This document shows, in pieces, positions 1 through 14,045 of a DNA stretch of 64,000 nucleotides; the first letter of the stretch is position 1, and each line of letters opens with the position of its first letter. Source of the stretch: Octopus vulgaris (taxonomy: Eukaryota); NCBI GenBank assembly GCA_951406725.2, contig OX597816.1, positions 62,744,001 to 62,808,000 of the forward strand, written 5' to 3'. A model generated the notes under the pieces. It was not told the DNA's origin and searched no databases. It saw nothing but the letters and a program-made list of their open reading frames with translations. The position numbers were made by a program, and so were the translations under genes.

Positions 1-213
1 GTATACTGTCAACTTAATGTGACAGTCTCATGAAGGTAATCATACTACTGCTATTTAGCCCTAGGAAGCAGCAACGCTTCCTGTCGGCCATGACACATTT
101 CCTGTGTCCTCATGTTTGCAATGGTGAGATTACTGTCACATTAAGTTGACAGTATACAACTATTTTATCGTACCACTATTGCCTAAATCTCTCTGAAATA
201 TTTAAAATGTATC

Positions 214-215
<2 letters not shown>
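1..215. mobile_element. Fragment of the hammerhead-bearing PLE-like/retrozyme family seen at 56175-56764, with an internal inversion (truncated by the window start)
   Basis: 1-26 (gtatactgtcaacttaatgtgacagt) is the reverse complement of 132-157. The sequence matches 56180-56290 and 56680-56755 (tgacacatttcctgtgtcct; aaatctctctga). Confidence 0.65.
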
Positions 216-301
<86 letters not shown>

Positions 302-348
302 GTATGTAACGTCAACTTCGGCAGGACTAGAACTCAGAACGTGAGACA

Positions 349-487
349 GCGGTTCGGCAAAAGAGACCGATAAAATAAGTAGTAGGTTTACAAAGAAAAA
401 GTCTTGGGTCGATTTGCTTGACTAAAAGCGGTGTCCCAGCATGGCCGCAGTCAAAATGACTCTAAGAAGTAAAAAAAGAGTAAAGAG
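349..487 (+). mobile_element. tRNA-derived SINE family A, 3' part
   Basis: gcggttcggcaaaagagaccgat...cagcatggccgcagtcaaa...gtaaagag matches the 3' half of the full copies (e.g. 38901-39395). Confidence 0.8.
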
Positions 488-555
488 TGTGTGTGTGTGT
501 GTGTATGTGTGTTTGTGTATGTGTATGTGTGTGTTTGTGTATGTGTTGATGTGTG

Positions 556-589
<34 letters not shown>

Positions 590-958
590 AGTGTGTGTAT
601 TGTGTATGTGCTTGTTTCTTTTTGTGTTCCGTCATTCCACTTCTTATTGGAATTTCGTGTCAGGAAATTGTGTGATCACTTTCTGGGTTCGAGTCTCTGT
701 GGAGTTATATTTGAATAACTATTAAGCTTTAGTGTCAGGAACGGTATCCGACTGTCATGTAATGTTTTAATAAGATATTCGTCGAACCTATGCTGGCATG
801 GAAATCAACAAACTCATATCAACATATGTGTGTATGTGTGTGCACTTGCATATGAATATCTATACGTATAGACTAATAGATTTATATACGTATATCCATT
901 TGTGTGTGCCTGTGTGTAAATGTACCTGCATATTTACATATGTAGGTGTGTATGAGTT

Positions 959-1015
<57 letters not shown>

Positions 1016-1092
1016 TTATATATATATATATATACACACATATATATATATTTGTGTGCGTGCATATATACATGTATATGTAAATATACGCG

Positions 1093-1129
<37 letters not shown>

Positions 1130-1159
1130 TTGTATGTATATATATATATATATATATAC

Positions 1160-1204
<45 letters not shown>

Positions 1205-1205
<1 letters not shown>

Positions 1206-1573
1206 GCAGGAGTGGATGTGTGGTAAGTAGTTTGCTTACCAACCACGCGGTTCCGGGTTCAGTCCCAGTACGTGGCACCTCGGGCCGACCAAAGCCTTGT
1301 GATTGGATTTGGTAGGCGGAAACCCAAAGAAGCCCGTCGTATATATGTGTATATATATGTGTGTGTGTGTGTATGTTTGTATGTCTATGTTTGGCCCCCT
1401 TAGCATATATATATATGTCCCCGTCACTTTGCGGTTCGGCAAAAGAGACCAATAGAATAAGTGCTGGGCTTACGAAGAATAAGCCATGGGGTCGAGTTGC
1501 TCGACTAAAGGCGGTGCTCCAGCATGGCCGCAGTCAAATGACTGAAACAAGTAAAGGAGTAAAAGAGTAAAGA
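1205..1573 (+). mobile_element. tRNA-derived SINE family A (internal deletions)
   Basis: A-box/B-box-like head (ggagtggatgtgtggtaag...gggttcagtccc), internal (TA)n/(TG)n tract, conserved 3' half, gtaaaagag tail. Confidence 0.85.
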
Positions 1574-1627
1574 GTATATACACAGACATGTGTATACAAT
1601 CGTATAATACGCCCATAGACACACACA

Positions 1628-1709
<82 letters not shown>

Positions 1710-2551
1710 AATATATATTTATTCGAAGATAGACACACATACACACATACACATAAATATCCACATATATATATATATATATATGTACGTACATACATAG
1801 CTTATAGATGCTTATGCGTAAGTATGACATCAGCTAATACAGTTACATTGTTGCAGTCACATGATTATAGCATTTATTTACTTTGCGCATGATTAACTGT
1901 ACTTAATATTCCTCTCGAAATTACATAAATGCAATTTTGCTGCTTCTAATTTTTTTTTACTCATTCCTCAAACTAACTTAATTCTTTTCTAAGTGGAAGA
2001 AAATATCCTTTTAAATTCCTACTCAGGCGCTTGTGTTTGTGTGTGTGTGTGTTTGTCGTCGTGTGTGTATGTGTGTGTGTGTGTGTGTGTGTGTATGAGT
2101 GTGCATCGGCATACAGAGACGCACAAAATGGCTGTGTACACACATAAAGACATTTATACGGGTACATGTGTGTATATTGATATTTTTGTGTATGACTCTC
2201 AGACTCTCTTCATTCACACTGACACTTACACACACACATATACACACACATACGCACGAACACATTTTATATATGTGTATCTATCTCTCTCTATATATGT
2301 ATATATGTTTAGCTGTGTGTATAACAGCGCAGTTTATCTGTATATGGGCACCCTCTTGATTGAGTAGTTGTATAAAGTTCTTTCAGTGCAATGTTTGCAG
2401 AAAGCATGTGTGTGTACGTAGATGTAAATGTGTGCGTATGTGCAGCTAAACAGAACATTAACATATAGACAGACTACCATACACACACAAACATTGTTAT
2501 ATTAGCTATTATCTATTTATCTGTCTCTTATTCCTCTTTACACACACAGAC

Positions 2552-2582
<31 letters not shown>

Positions 2583-2680
2583 GCATGGGTATAAGCATGT
2601 GTATGTTTCTGTGAGAGTATGAGTGTTTTGTATATATATATATATATATTGCATCTATACACACGTACTAACAGAGATGC

Positions 2681-2735
<55 letters not shown>

Positions 2736-2978
2736 CATACATACACAAGCATACATAGATATACGCGTTTTCGTGCGTTCTTACAACAATGCACTAAATG
2801 AACTTCCCCTTTGCGGCAGTAAAAATAATAAATAACAAGAAACTCGGAACACCACTCAAAATCATAAAGTTTATGTAATGTTGTAATTAGGAAAGAATTT
2901 TTAAAACTCATACGGTAATTTAATACAATCTGTTTCACTTTTTTTTTTCCTTTCCGAACACTACAACATACATACCTA

Positions 2979-3112
<134 letters not shown>

Positions 3113-3398
3113 ATATTGGCACTCAAATGTCTATTATGTAGTATGAATTGGCCATCAATTACGTAAGCAAAAGCAAAGAAATGCGCTGTGTTTAACCATC
3201 ATTTGACCATACAACATTACTCCGTTAACAGATATAATATTGAGTATTTTTTTGATTTTCTTTTCAACTATGCGAATCTCTGCCTATTGAATATAACTAT
3301 TAAGTATTATGTGCCTGCATAGGCACGGTTACATACATGTATATATACTTTCATATATATATATATATAAATAGATTTACATATGTAGCCATTCAAAA

Positions 3399-3432
<34 letters not shown>

Positions 3433-4554
3433 AAGTATATGCATTTATATTTTCATACGTCATACTAACATATATACATACACACACATTCACACATATG
3501 TATATACATATACAGAGAGAGGTGGGGGAAAGAGATAGAGGGACATCGAGAGAGAGAAAGCGAGATTTGTTTTATTGTTTATTTGATATTACCGCAGCTA
3601 AGAAAACCTCTTTAATAAATATAACAAATTTAAAATCAAAATATATTATTCTTCACTTTCTGGAGTAGTTATTCAATGCTATCCTTCTATCTTCATCACA
3701 TAATGAACACACAATCATATGCAATCACGTCGAGCGTTATCTCAAGCAAACGTATTCATATATACATACTCAAACACACAGATACATGTACACAGATACA
3801 TATACACACAAGCACACACAATACACGCTCACAGAGGCACTACGATGTAAGCCAGTATTTTTACATGTTTACATTTTTACAGAGATGTGTTGATATAGAA
3901 TATACACACGTACACATGCAGACACAAAGTCTCCAACGGAAATTTCTCCATACACACAATATTACATATAAATATATACGCACTCTAACCCAACAGCATA
4001 CAATGAAAGCCAACGTCTACGATGAACCACAAAGGAATACGATTGTTATAAGACGCATTTGTGTTCTGAATGTACTTTGAAAAAATGTGCATCACTAATG
4101 AGTTATGTATATAGAATTATAGATATATGTTAAGTATTTGTATGTGTGTATGTATGTATGTAAGTATGTATGTATGTATGTATGTATGTATGTATGTATG
4201 TATCTATCTATCTATCTATCTATCTATCAAGAACTTGATTTATATAATCGAGTTTGTTTATTCGTGAAAAGTCGACGACTTGCTTATGCTGAAAGCTGGA
4301 CTTTCATGAGAATTGCAATATGTCAGGCCTTAGAAGAAAATTATTGTTCGATATTACATAATCAACATCACTACAAATGAAACTCCGAGTAACTGCTGAA
4401 TAAATCAATCACTTTTCCCTTGTGTATGTGTGTGTTGGCTTATGTTTTTTGTTAGTGTATATTATATATATAGAGAGAGAGAGAGCGAGAGAGAGCGAGA
4501 GAGACGGACAGACAGACACACACAAGGAGAAAATTATATTAAAGAAGCAATATT

Positions 4555-4960
4555 CATTTCTACTCTAGGCTCAAGGACTGAATTTTATCGAGAGGGGGCC
4601 AGTCGATTCGATCGACCTCAGTACGCAACTGGTACTTAAATTTAACGACGCCGAAAGGATGAAAGGCAAAGTCGACCACGGCGGAATTTGAACTCAGAAT
4701 GTATAAAGACAGACGAAATACCTATTTCTTTACTATCCACAAGGGGCTAAACACAGAGAGGACAAACAAGGACAGACAAACGGATTAAGCCGATTATATC
4801 GACCCAGTGCATAACTGGTACTTATTTAATCGACCCCGAAAGGACGAAAGGCAAAGTCGACCTCGGTGTGATTTGAACTCAGAACGTAGTGGCCGACGAA
4901 ATATCGCTAAGCATTTTGCCCGGCGTGCTAACGTTTCTGCCAACTCGCCGCTTTACTAAC
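4555..4960 (-). mobile_element. tRNA-derived SINE family B, composite/dimeric copy
   Basis: Two tandem gtcgactttgcctttcatcc-containing units. Flanking duplication gaagcaatatt at 4544-4554 and 4961-4971. Confidence 0.8.
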
Positions 4961-5089
4961 GAAGCAATATTTATTTCTTTATTACTCACAGGGATTTGGT
5001 AGTTTTGGTATATGTTAGTGATTTGGTAATTTTGTTATACATTAGTGAGTAGATAAGAAAATCAGAAATTCCTATGATTGTTAATGAAA

Positions 5090-6130
5090 TGTAATGCTAG
5101 GTTTGAGGCGAGGTTAAACTTAGAAGATTCTGTTTCATACTAAAAAGTGGACGATAGTTATAGGACTAGATCGGACAGAAAACATATGAAAATGTTTGCA
5201 TTTTATGGAAATAATGTAATGAAATTAATTATGTAATCACAATACTGCTTACTGAATTTTAAAATTTTGTTATTACTCATAGATTTAAAGTTTTCCAAGA
5301 AAAAAAAGATGGATGTCTTTAATCAACATTAGCAAATGCGTAAGCTTCCTTTACCGTAAGTTCTAAATAAACTAAATATGTAATGTAAACGAGTTAAATA
5401 AAGTAATATATTTAAATTACACATCTCATATCTATGAGAAATACTAGCTGCAGCAGCATGCTGCATATAAAATTAGATTAAATTAAAATGGAAAGCGTCC
5501 AGATAAAAATTAAGTGGATATTTGAAGAATCGAAGTTAAACCTTATTTTATTTGCAGTAAAATATATCTTTTATGGCTTTGAGAGAGGAATTATGAGTTC
5601 AGTAGTTGAAATTAACTAACGGGGAAATAAATAGTTCTAAACTTTAATACTATTAGTAGCTTATAGAGATTTGAATGATATATGGACCTGCAAAGAAATA
5701 AACAAGCTGTGTTAATTTGTATGTTTAAGGGGGAGTTTACATGTTCAGCATCTAATAAACGTTCGAGTGTGTTTTAATACATGTTTTAGTATTGGTAAAA
5801 GATTAAATGAGAAATTTAAAGCGACTGGCAAAGTTTAATATAATGTTTTGAGTTATGGCGTGGAAATGAAGTGTCTTACGACAAATCAAATTAAACAGCT
5901 TAGAAGTGCTGATATGACGAGAAGGATTAAGAAAAATTTGAAGAAATGGTATTTGAAAGATGGTAAAGCGATAAAAACTTAATATTCCATAATTACATGC
6001 AGTGAGAAAAAAATAGATATTAAAAAGTATATTGTAAAAGCAGTTAGCCATGCTAAGAATTTATGAACTGGAGAATTTATTGCCGTTATGATGACATAAG
6101 ATAATTACAAATCGGGATGAATAATATGAA
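5090..6130 (+). pseudogene. Highly degenerate non-LTR retrotransposon remnant (possibly RTE-like)
   Basis: Broken frames give LSYGVEMKCLTTNQIKQLRSADM, reminiscent of the RTE C-terminal YGxETW...EM motif. Many stops. Confidence 0.3.
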
Positions 6131-7456
6131 CGTGAATATACCAAAGGAGATTGTGAAGTGGGACAAAATGAAAATTATGTTGTATAACCGCGTTGATGAT
6201 ACAGAAACCATGACCAAGTCGTCAGCAATATTTTCAGATTTGTAGTAACATAGTGTATGATCAAAATCATTCTTTGTAAGGATATGTTAGATCAGATGTC
6301 ATAAAATTCAGACATATCAAGAGCTTCAACATCTCTTTGATGGTTTGTACACTATCCTTCTTGTGAGAGTTTTCAAACATCTCGCCTTCAGTCTAAGACC
6401 ACAGAGAATTTATGAACATATTCCACCCAATTTCACAAATGCTGCATAATACAGGCTTGGCTTTGGTGCTGTTAAACAGACCATACCAGATGCGCATCAT
6501 ACTAGAGGACTATTGACTTGCATTAATGTTATAGGCAGAGACAAAACATGAACCTGAGGGTCAACTAAAGCTAAGGAAGGGAGCAGAGATTCCGGGGATA
6601 GCACAGGGAAGCAGATCTCAGTTGCAGTACTTAACAGATATGTTTTATGAATTTGATAGGTGTTTATTAAATGATAGTTGCAGTTTAGATTGTAAACAGA
6701 TATATACTATATTTTTACTACCCCAAACTAGATGGTTTTCATCCAGCTGCATACCACCTGTAAGGTCACTATCTATTCACAAAACGAAGCATTCGTGTTT
6801 CACATAGCCCTCCGACTTTCCTTCAAAGCACACACCCAAACATGAACAATACTCATCCTTCATGAATCGTTCACTATCACCGAGACTTTTTAGTTGAAAA
6901 CAAATCTTTAATATCGGTAAGGATGTATCCGAAAGAATGGCTCTCTTTAGAAATAAAATGTATTTCATCCTCCCATAATAATTTCTGACATTCTACAAAA
7001 CTCAATTAGAACTCACAATCGAGCATTTTGTTGCTACGGATACAGTCATTCTGGACGAGAGAAGCCCGCTCCATCGATTAATATAAAAACCACTCACATA
7101 TGCGTTTCAATCTCTGGCCAACAAGCATGCTGTCTTCCCTCTCTGACTTTTTTGATTACTGCTGTGTTGGCTTCTCTTACTTGAATATGGCTGTTCTCTA
7201 TCTCCTCTACTCATACTCTCCTCTCACTACATTTCATAACCACTGTGTCCATATAGCACTAAACACTGCTTTAAGTCCTTCCTTCACAAAACATCCACAC
7301 TCTCCAATCCCATTCATTTTCATGCGTTTACAGATATATCAATCTCACCAGTCTCTGAGTGACTGCGAATATAATGGGCTTTACCACTTTTCCCTCACAG
7401 CTAGATGAATAAATAAATAAGCAAATAAACAAATAAATACATAAATAAATAAATAT

Positions 7457-7622
7457 GCGCAGGCGTGGCTGTGTGGAAAGAAGCATGATTCTCAACCACA
7501 TTGCTCCAGGTTCAGCCCCACTGCGTAGCATCTTGTTAACTGTCTTCTACTATAGTTTCGAGCCCACCAAAACTTTGTGAGTGGATGGACTTGGTAGAGG
7601 GAAACTGAAAGAAGCCCGTCGT

Positions 7623-7623
<1 letters not shown>
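7457..7623 (+). mobile_element. SINE family A, 5' half
   Basis: gcgcaggcgtggctgtgtgg...gaaactgaaagaagcccgtcgta followed by (TA)n. Confidence 0.8.
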
Positions 7624-7715
<92 letters not shown>

Positions 7716-7831
7716 TACATATATACATATATATAAACATAATCAAATAGGTTAATAACATAAATTATTATTACCAGTGGCCTAGCACAAAAGACGAATT
7801 AGTCATTAGACAATATATTATTCATATAGAA

Positions 7832-7895
7832 ATATAATAAAAGGCTTTCAAAAAAGGAAGCGTAGTGCTTCCTTTTTGGAAGCCTTTTATTATAT
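7832..7895. repeat. About 30-bp inverted repeat (hairpin) between (TA)n tracts
   Basis: atataataaaaggctttcaaaaaaggaagc-gtagt-gcttcctttttggaagccttttattatat. Confidence 0.75.
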
Positions 7896-7965
7896 CTATA
7901 TATACATATATATACATATATGTATGTATGTATGTATGTAGATGTATATATATATATACATATAT

Positions 7966-7998
<33 letters not shown>

Positions 7999-8008
7999 TA
8001 TGTATGTA

Positions 8009-8071
<63 letters not shown>

Positions 8072-8145
8072 ATTTACAAAAGACGAAGACGGGTGTGTAA
8101 ATAACAAACAGATGTATAAATTTAACGCTCGGTAAGTTAGAAAGT

Positions 8146-8181
8146 CTTTTACGTTTCGAGCCTACGCTCTTCCACAGAAAG
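8146..8181 (-). ncRNA. Minimal type I hammerhead-like motif with variant core (CUGUGGA)
   Basis: Minus strand reads cttt-CTGTGGA-A-gagc-gtag-gctc-GAAAC-GTA-aaag: helix I cttt/aaag, helix II gagc/gctc, GUA triplet. Core A6 is replaced by U. Confidence 0.6.
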
Positions 8182-8621
8182 GAACACAGGAAGAAACAAG
8201 GAGAAAAAATGAAGAATGGGTAGTGGCTAGCAGTCTCTTATGGCGAATTCCGAACAGAGGGGTCTCACATGAGAGCTAGGAAGAAGGGGAGAAAATAAAA
8301 TAGTGATGATCCCAAAACGAAGGTGCGCGTGCGTGTGTATAAGAGAACATGTATGTGCGTGTGGAAGAGGGCTGTTTACCTTGACGTGTGCGTGTGTATA
8401 TGTGTAGGTGTGTGGATAATGGCGTGGGGCTGGGAAGTGGTCAGTGCTAGTGTGTGCTTGGTGGTGTGATGTGGTGTTGTGTGGTATGGTGGTGTATGGT
8501 GTGGTGGTGTGTGGTGTGGTATATGTATAAATATATATATGTATATTTATATATACATATTCATACATAAATGCATACTTACATATATACATGCATACAT
8601 ACATATATATGTATATATATA

Positions 8622-8642
8622 TCTGTATATATAAAAGGCAGG

Positions 8643-8689
<47 letters not shown>

Positions 8690-8987
8690 CGTGTGTACGT
8701 GAATGTAATTTATGCACGTTCACAAATTAGCATGCATGTCGCTCCAATTTTAGGAAGACGTTCGCCATGACTCTATCTGTATTATCTTCAACTTATTTTT
8801 ACCAGAGGCACCAGCGAATAGCAGCGAAAATAAATTTTCAGCCAACACTTTTAACAATTTTCGAGTCGGAGAAATCAACATTGATTGCAAACAGGAGATA
8901 AGTTCCCTTCTAGAGACGATTAAGTTTTTGTTAAGATTTTTGTTGTTTTTTTCCATCGAGGAAAAAGTGGTTTGTTGAAATACGGGC

Positions 8988-9035
<48 letters not shown>

Positions 9036-9239
9036 TTCGCACAAAAACATGTAGGCAATAGGTGTACATACGTACGTGTGTGTATGTGTGTGAGAGTGTT
9101 GCCTATATATATATATATATACCAATTTCAACGGATTTCGTCCAAATTTTACGTCGATATTACTTAGTTTTGTTTGAAATAAAAAGCTTGGTTAGCTTAA
9201 TAATCCTAAATTAATCCCGGGCAAAGCCAGGTTATACTG

Positions 9240-9243
<4 letters not shown>
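8622..9243 (+). mobile_element. Non-autonomous Helitron-like element
   Basis: 5' end tctgtatatataaaagg followed by a microsatellite. 3' GC hairpin cccgggcaaagccagg about 10 nt before a CTAG-like end (ctga), sitting in (TA)n. Confidence 0.55.
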
Positions 9244-9325
<82 letters not shown>

Positions 9326-9335
9326 CATACATAAT

Positions 9336-9386
<51 letters not shown>

Positions 9387-10811
9387 CTAATATATATATA
9401 ATAACAAATTAATAAATAAAACATGCATATATACATACATATATGTACGTACCTACATCTATATGTATATATACATGCATATATTGGTACAGGACACCAA
9501 AAAAAACGTCGAACACAATGAGAAACGAAAATATAAACACAAAACCAAGGAAATGGACATTTTTCTTGAACAACGAAAAAATAGAGTACAACTTATACAA
9601 CACAAGGAAAATTCCCCTTTTTCACCCTCCTCTGTTTCATCAACTCCACGCGTCGAAGGTAAAGGCGAGACACGACTTCGTTGAAACAATCCTTCCCGCA
9701 AAAAGCAAATTAAATAAAATTTAAGACTTTTTTGCGGAGGAGTAAAAATGGTAACAAAAACAGGGCAGTAAAGACGGTACAAAATATAAACAGTAAAATA
9801 CAGGACAAGGAGAATAACAGTAACACAAACATGGAGAGCTCTTAAGCCAGAACGAAAGAAAAAATATTTTGAACGCTTTTTGAGGACAGCAAGAGAGAGA
9901 CAGGAAAGTCGTCCACACTTGAAGGAAGCCAAGTCAGAAAGACAGTAGTAGCCTCGTCGCGGGTCAACGATGGGAGGGAGGAGGAGGAGGAGTAAGAGAA
10001 AGGGGGAAAAAGGGAAGGATTGTAGAGAAAACCAGAAAGAATGAAGAATGAGAGAGAGAGAGAGAGAGGGACAGTAAGGTAGATGAAAAGGAAACCAGAA
10101 AGAATGAAGGATGGGAGAGGGAGGTGGACAGAAAGGTTAAGAGTGCGCATCATTATTAATATTAAGATAAAACTTACTTAGAAATGGATGCGTGCGTTCC
10201 GTCATATAATAACAAATTTATATATATATATATATATATATATTTGCGCACACCTCTCTCAGATTGGTGAAAATGTGTATGTGATAGCATACATATGTTT
10301 GGTTTGCGTATCCTATGTATGTGTAGCATTGACAGGGAGGAAAACGAGAATGAGAAGAAAGAAGATATTTTGAAATAGATAAAACCTAGAAATGTTCTCT
10401 TGCACACAGATTTAGCTGAAACTTACCGACGTCATCACAAATTACAACTTAAAAATATATAGCACAGATTTCGACTGAAATTTTTTGAAAGCAGTGATGG
10501 AAAAAGGAAGTGCGTATATATATTTTTATGTATTGTTAAGATCTTATGATAAAATATATTTATTGCTTGCACCAAAAGTTTCACTATCAGAGCCAGACAT
10601 AGCAAGTGCAAAAATCTAATACTTTAAGTTAAGTAAACACAACGCAAGAGAACACTTCACGATACGCTGTGTGTGAAACGATTTCAGATAATAATAATTT
10701 ATGTAATTATATATTTTATCTTGGACTCCAGTAAAATTCGTTTGTTATTATGAAGAGAAAAAGACGATAATAATGATGATGATGATGATGTTGATGATGA
10801 TGATGAAAATG

Positions 10812-10886
<75 letters not shown>

Positions 10887-10888
<2 letters not shown>

Positions 10889-12160
10889 CACTTTTAATCA
10901 TACATAGCCATCTTTTTTCTCTGTCTGTCTTATCTTCAACATCCCTATGAAATTATCCATGGAGTCTTTCTTTATCTACCTATTTTCAGTTTCATTCCTT
11001 CTCAAGTCTCTGTACAGTGCTTTATCTTTGTAACCTTCTATCCTATACAAGCTTGACCTTCTTACTTCCAATATTAGCGGTTCTCCGGAACTTTTTACAT
11101 ACCATGCTATGTTGTTTTCTTCTGCTCTAATGCTATGTTCGCATCCAATCAGTCCCCTTTCCTCTCTTTTTCGTAGTCCATACAGTCTGTATCTGTCACC
11201 TTTTGGGTTGAATATCACATATCTAGTCAGAAAATTCCCTGTCTTTCTGTATAAGATGTATAGTTCGTCTGCTGTCCATGTGATTATCCCTGCTCCATTT
11301 GTATGGAGTGAAACCGCTAGGTAATGGTAGCTTCAATCTTATACCGTCTGTTTAATTTCGACTTAAGGATTAGTCTCGGTCTACGCAATTACTCTACTTT
11401 AAACTTTTCAATCATTTCTTTCTCCATCAATTTAACAAAAAAGGTGGCTATGGATGACTAAAAGTGATTTAAAACCAGAAACGGAACTCTAATCTGTGCA
11501 ACCTAAGAGCAAGCACTAAGAACGAATTACATCAAATAGAGAATAAACAACACATCAGAAATTGATGCGTGCAGAATTTGTGGACAAAATGGTGAAACCG
11601 TATGGCATATTACTAGTCGACTAGCCCAGAAAGAATATTAGAGACGTCATGACAATATAGCAAGGATTGCCCATTAGACACTTTGCAACAAGGATGGACT
11701 TGACAAAGCAAAAAAATGGTACAAACATAAACTCGAAGGCACAATCGAAAATGATAATGCAAATCCTATGAGATTTTATATTTCAGTGCGATCATGAGAT
11801 AGAGAATAGGAAACCAGACATAGTGTTAATTGAGAAAGAAAGGAAACCATGCACAGCTGAGAACAAGGTATGCGATAAGGAAGAAAGAAAAGTTGATACT
11901 TAGCTTGGGAGGTTAAGTAGCTGTGGTCACTGAAAAAGGTGGTAGTAGTACTAATAATTGTCGGAGCCCTGGGAACTGAGTAAAAATCTTGAGAGGTACG
12001 TGGAACAAATATGACCTACAATAAAGATAGAGCACTTGCAGTAAACAGCACTGCTTGGAAACGCTCGAAAACTCTGAATGCTAAATAAGAGGTGTTACCT
12101 TAGTTCACCGATAGTGAAAAGCTGACACCGTAGTAAATCTCCAGCGTTATAGTCTGTGCA
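10887..12160 (+). mobile_element. R4/Dong-type RLE LINE, 5'-truncated with an inverted 5' segment, inserted in (AAT)n
   Basis: 11437-12080 (+) encodes degenerate WLWMTKSDLKPETE...CRICGQNGETVWHI...RRHDNIA...RKPDIV...IIVGALG...TALLG. 10887-11430 (-) encodes the upstream region (RLYGLRKREERGL...DKTDREKRWLCMIKSD). (AAT)n on both sides. Confidence 0.85.
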
Positions 12161-12190
12161 ATGACAATAATAACAATAATAATGATGATG

Positions 12191-12287
<97 letters not shown>

Positions 12288-12356
12288 CGATGACGATGAC
12301 GACGACGACGACGATGACGATGACGATGACGATGATGATGATGATGATGATGATGA

Positions 12357-12600
12357 CTCTAAAGGTCGTGCCTAAAATAATTGGTGAGTTGGGAACAATA
12401 TGCCAAGATACAGACAAATGGTTGAAGGAGATTGGAACAGAATGCCTGGTAGAACTCCTACACAAAGATTGTTTCTTAGGGACAGCAAGGAGGGTTCTAA
12501 GCACGTGAAAGACAGCTGAAAACTTGCGGATAACTTAGATTACAGGTAGTAACCCACTACCAACACAAATCCAACAAGGAATAAGACCGAACCTAAAATA
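12357..12600 (+). mobile_element. 3' fragment of another R4/Dong-type LINE
   Basis: KVVPKIIGELGTI...VELLHKDCFLGTARRVLS* is the RLE C-terminus. Flanked by (GAT)n/(AAT)n. Confidence 0.7.
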
Positions 12601-12627
12601 ATAATAACAATGGTGATGATGATGATG

Positions 12628-12830
12628 TTGATTTCAAATTTTGGCACGATGCCAGGAGAGGTTTAATCGATTCCATCGACCCCAATATACCGCTGGCACT
12701 TATTTTATCGACCTCGAAAGAATAAAAGGCATAGTCGATGTTGGGGGAATTTGAACTCAGAACATAAAGTCAGAAGAAATGCCTCTAACCATTTCCTTCG
12801 ACTTTCCGACGATTCTACCAGCTTCCCGCT
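12628..12830 (-). mobile_element. SINE family B, degenerate
   Basis: acttattttatcgacctcgaaagaataaaaggc...aatttgaactcagaac matches family B on the minus strand. Confidence 0.65.
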
Positions 12831-12924
12831 TTGACACGAGCTGCCTTTGAAGATGATGATGATGATCATCATCATCAAGTCGAAGACAAAGTGATTGTTT
12901 CTTTCGCACTAAGTTACGTAACAT

Positions 12925-13098
12925 AGGCGTAGGAGTGGCTGTGAGGTAAGTAGATTGCTTACGAACCACATGGTTCCGGGTTCAGTCCCACTGCATGGCA
13001 CATTGGGCAAGTGTCTTCTACTATAGCCTCGGGTCGACCGAAGCCTTCTGATTGGATTTAGTAGACGGAAACTGAAAGAAGCCTGTCGTATATATGTA

Positions 13099-13131
<33 letters not shown>

Positions 13132-13369
13132 GTATGTGTGTATGTATGTATGTGTGTGTATACGTTTGTGTGTCTGTGTTTGTCCCCCTGACGTCGCTTG
13201 ACAACCGATGCTGGTGTGTTTACATCCCCGTGACTTAGCAGCTCGGCAAAAAGAGACCGATAGAATAAGTACCAGGCTTACAAAGAATAATTCCCGGGGT
13301 TGATTTGCTCGACTAAAGGCGGTGCTCTAGCACGGCCACAGTCAAATGACTGAAACAAGAAAAAGAGTA
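12925..13369 (+). mobile_element. SINE family A, full length
   Basis: Complete tRNA-like head, internal microsatellite and 3' half. Confidence 0.9.
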
Positions 13370-13975
13370 ATATATTCTGTTTAATTCCGTGCTTTAGATG
13401 GTTCCTTGTGAGAGGATTGTGATTCTGTGACACAACCAAGTATTATAGTTTTGAGCTATTTGCTTCGTACATCCTGTTGTTAGTTTTCATTCTCTATCTT
13501 GTTCTGCTTCGTTTAATTTTTGATCAATGTGAGACTTTGCTTAAAATCATTTATTATAACATGCTTGAGTCTCATTTCAACGTAATTTCTATTATTTTAA
13601 TGTTCCTGTCATTTCTGTCTTCCTTATCACGAAGAATCGAAATAACCGTTCTACACGCTCTATTTCAGTGGTAGAACATTTCCCGCTAGTGGAGTTATGT
13701 AATGCAGCTGAATGTTGCAATAACATTCTCTCTCTCTTACTTTCTATGTCTCTGTCTGTTTCTGTCTCTTACGCACGCATACACGGGCATATTGGTGGAG
13801 GCGGGCGATTAGCGATTCGGGTGTTGTAAATCTGTGATTTCCATTCCTGGACAGAGCGATGCATTGCGTTCTTGAACACTATATTTCCTTCCAAATTCCT
13901 CCACACCTCTCAGCAGACAAAAATGAATAATCCTGTATCGGACTGGTATCTCTCTCACTCTCTCTCTCTCCATAT

Positions 13976-14040
<65 letters not shown>

Positions 14041-14045
<5 letters not shown>

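Noticed and set aside
6190-7400. Possible RT remnant on the minus strand (IADDLV)
   Set aside because: Too degenerate to assign a clade or boundaries by eye.
9480-10200. Possible Penelope-type repeat
   Set aside because: It has the look of a repeat between (TA)n tracts, but I could not read a convincing hammerhead or protein motif.
12925-13000. tRNA genes
   Set aside because: The A/B-box sequences are SINE heads without a full cloverleaf and continue into SINE bodies.
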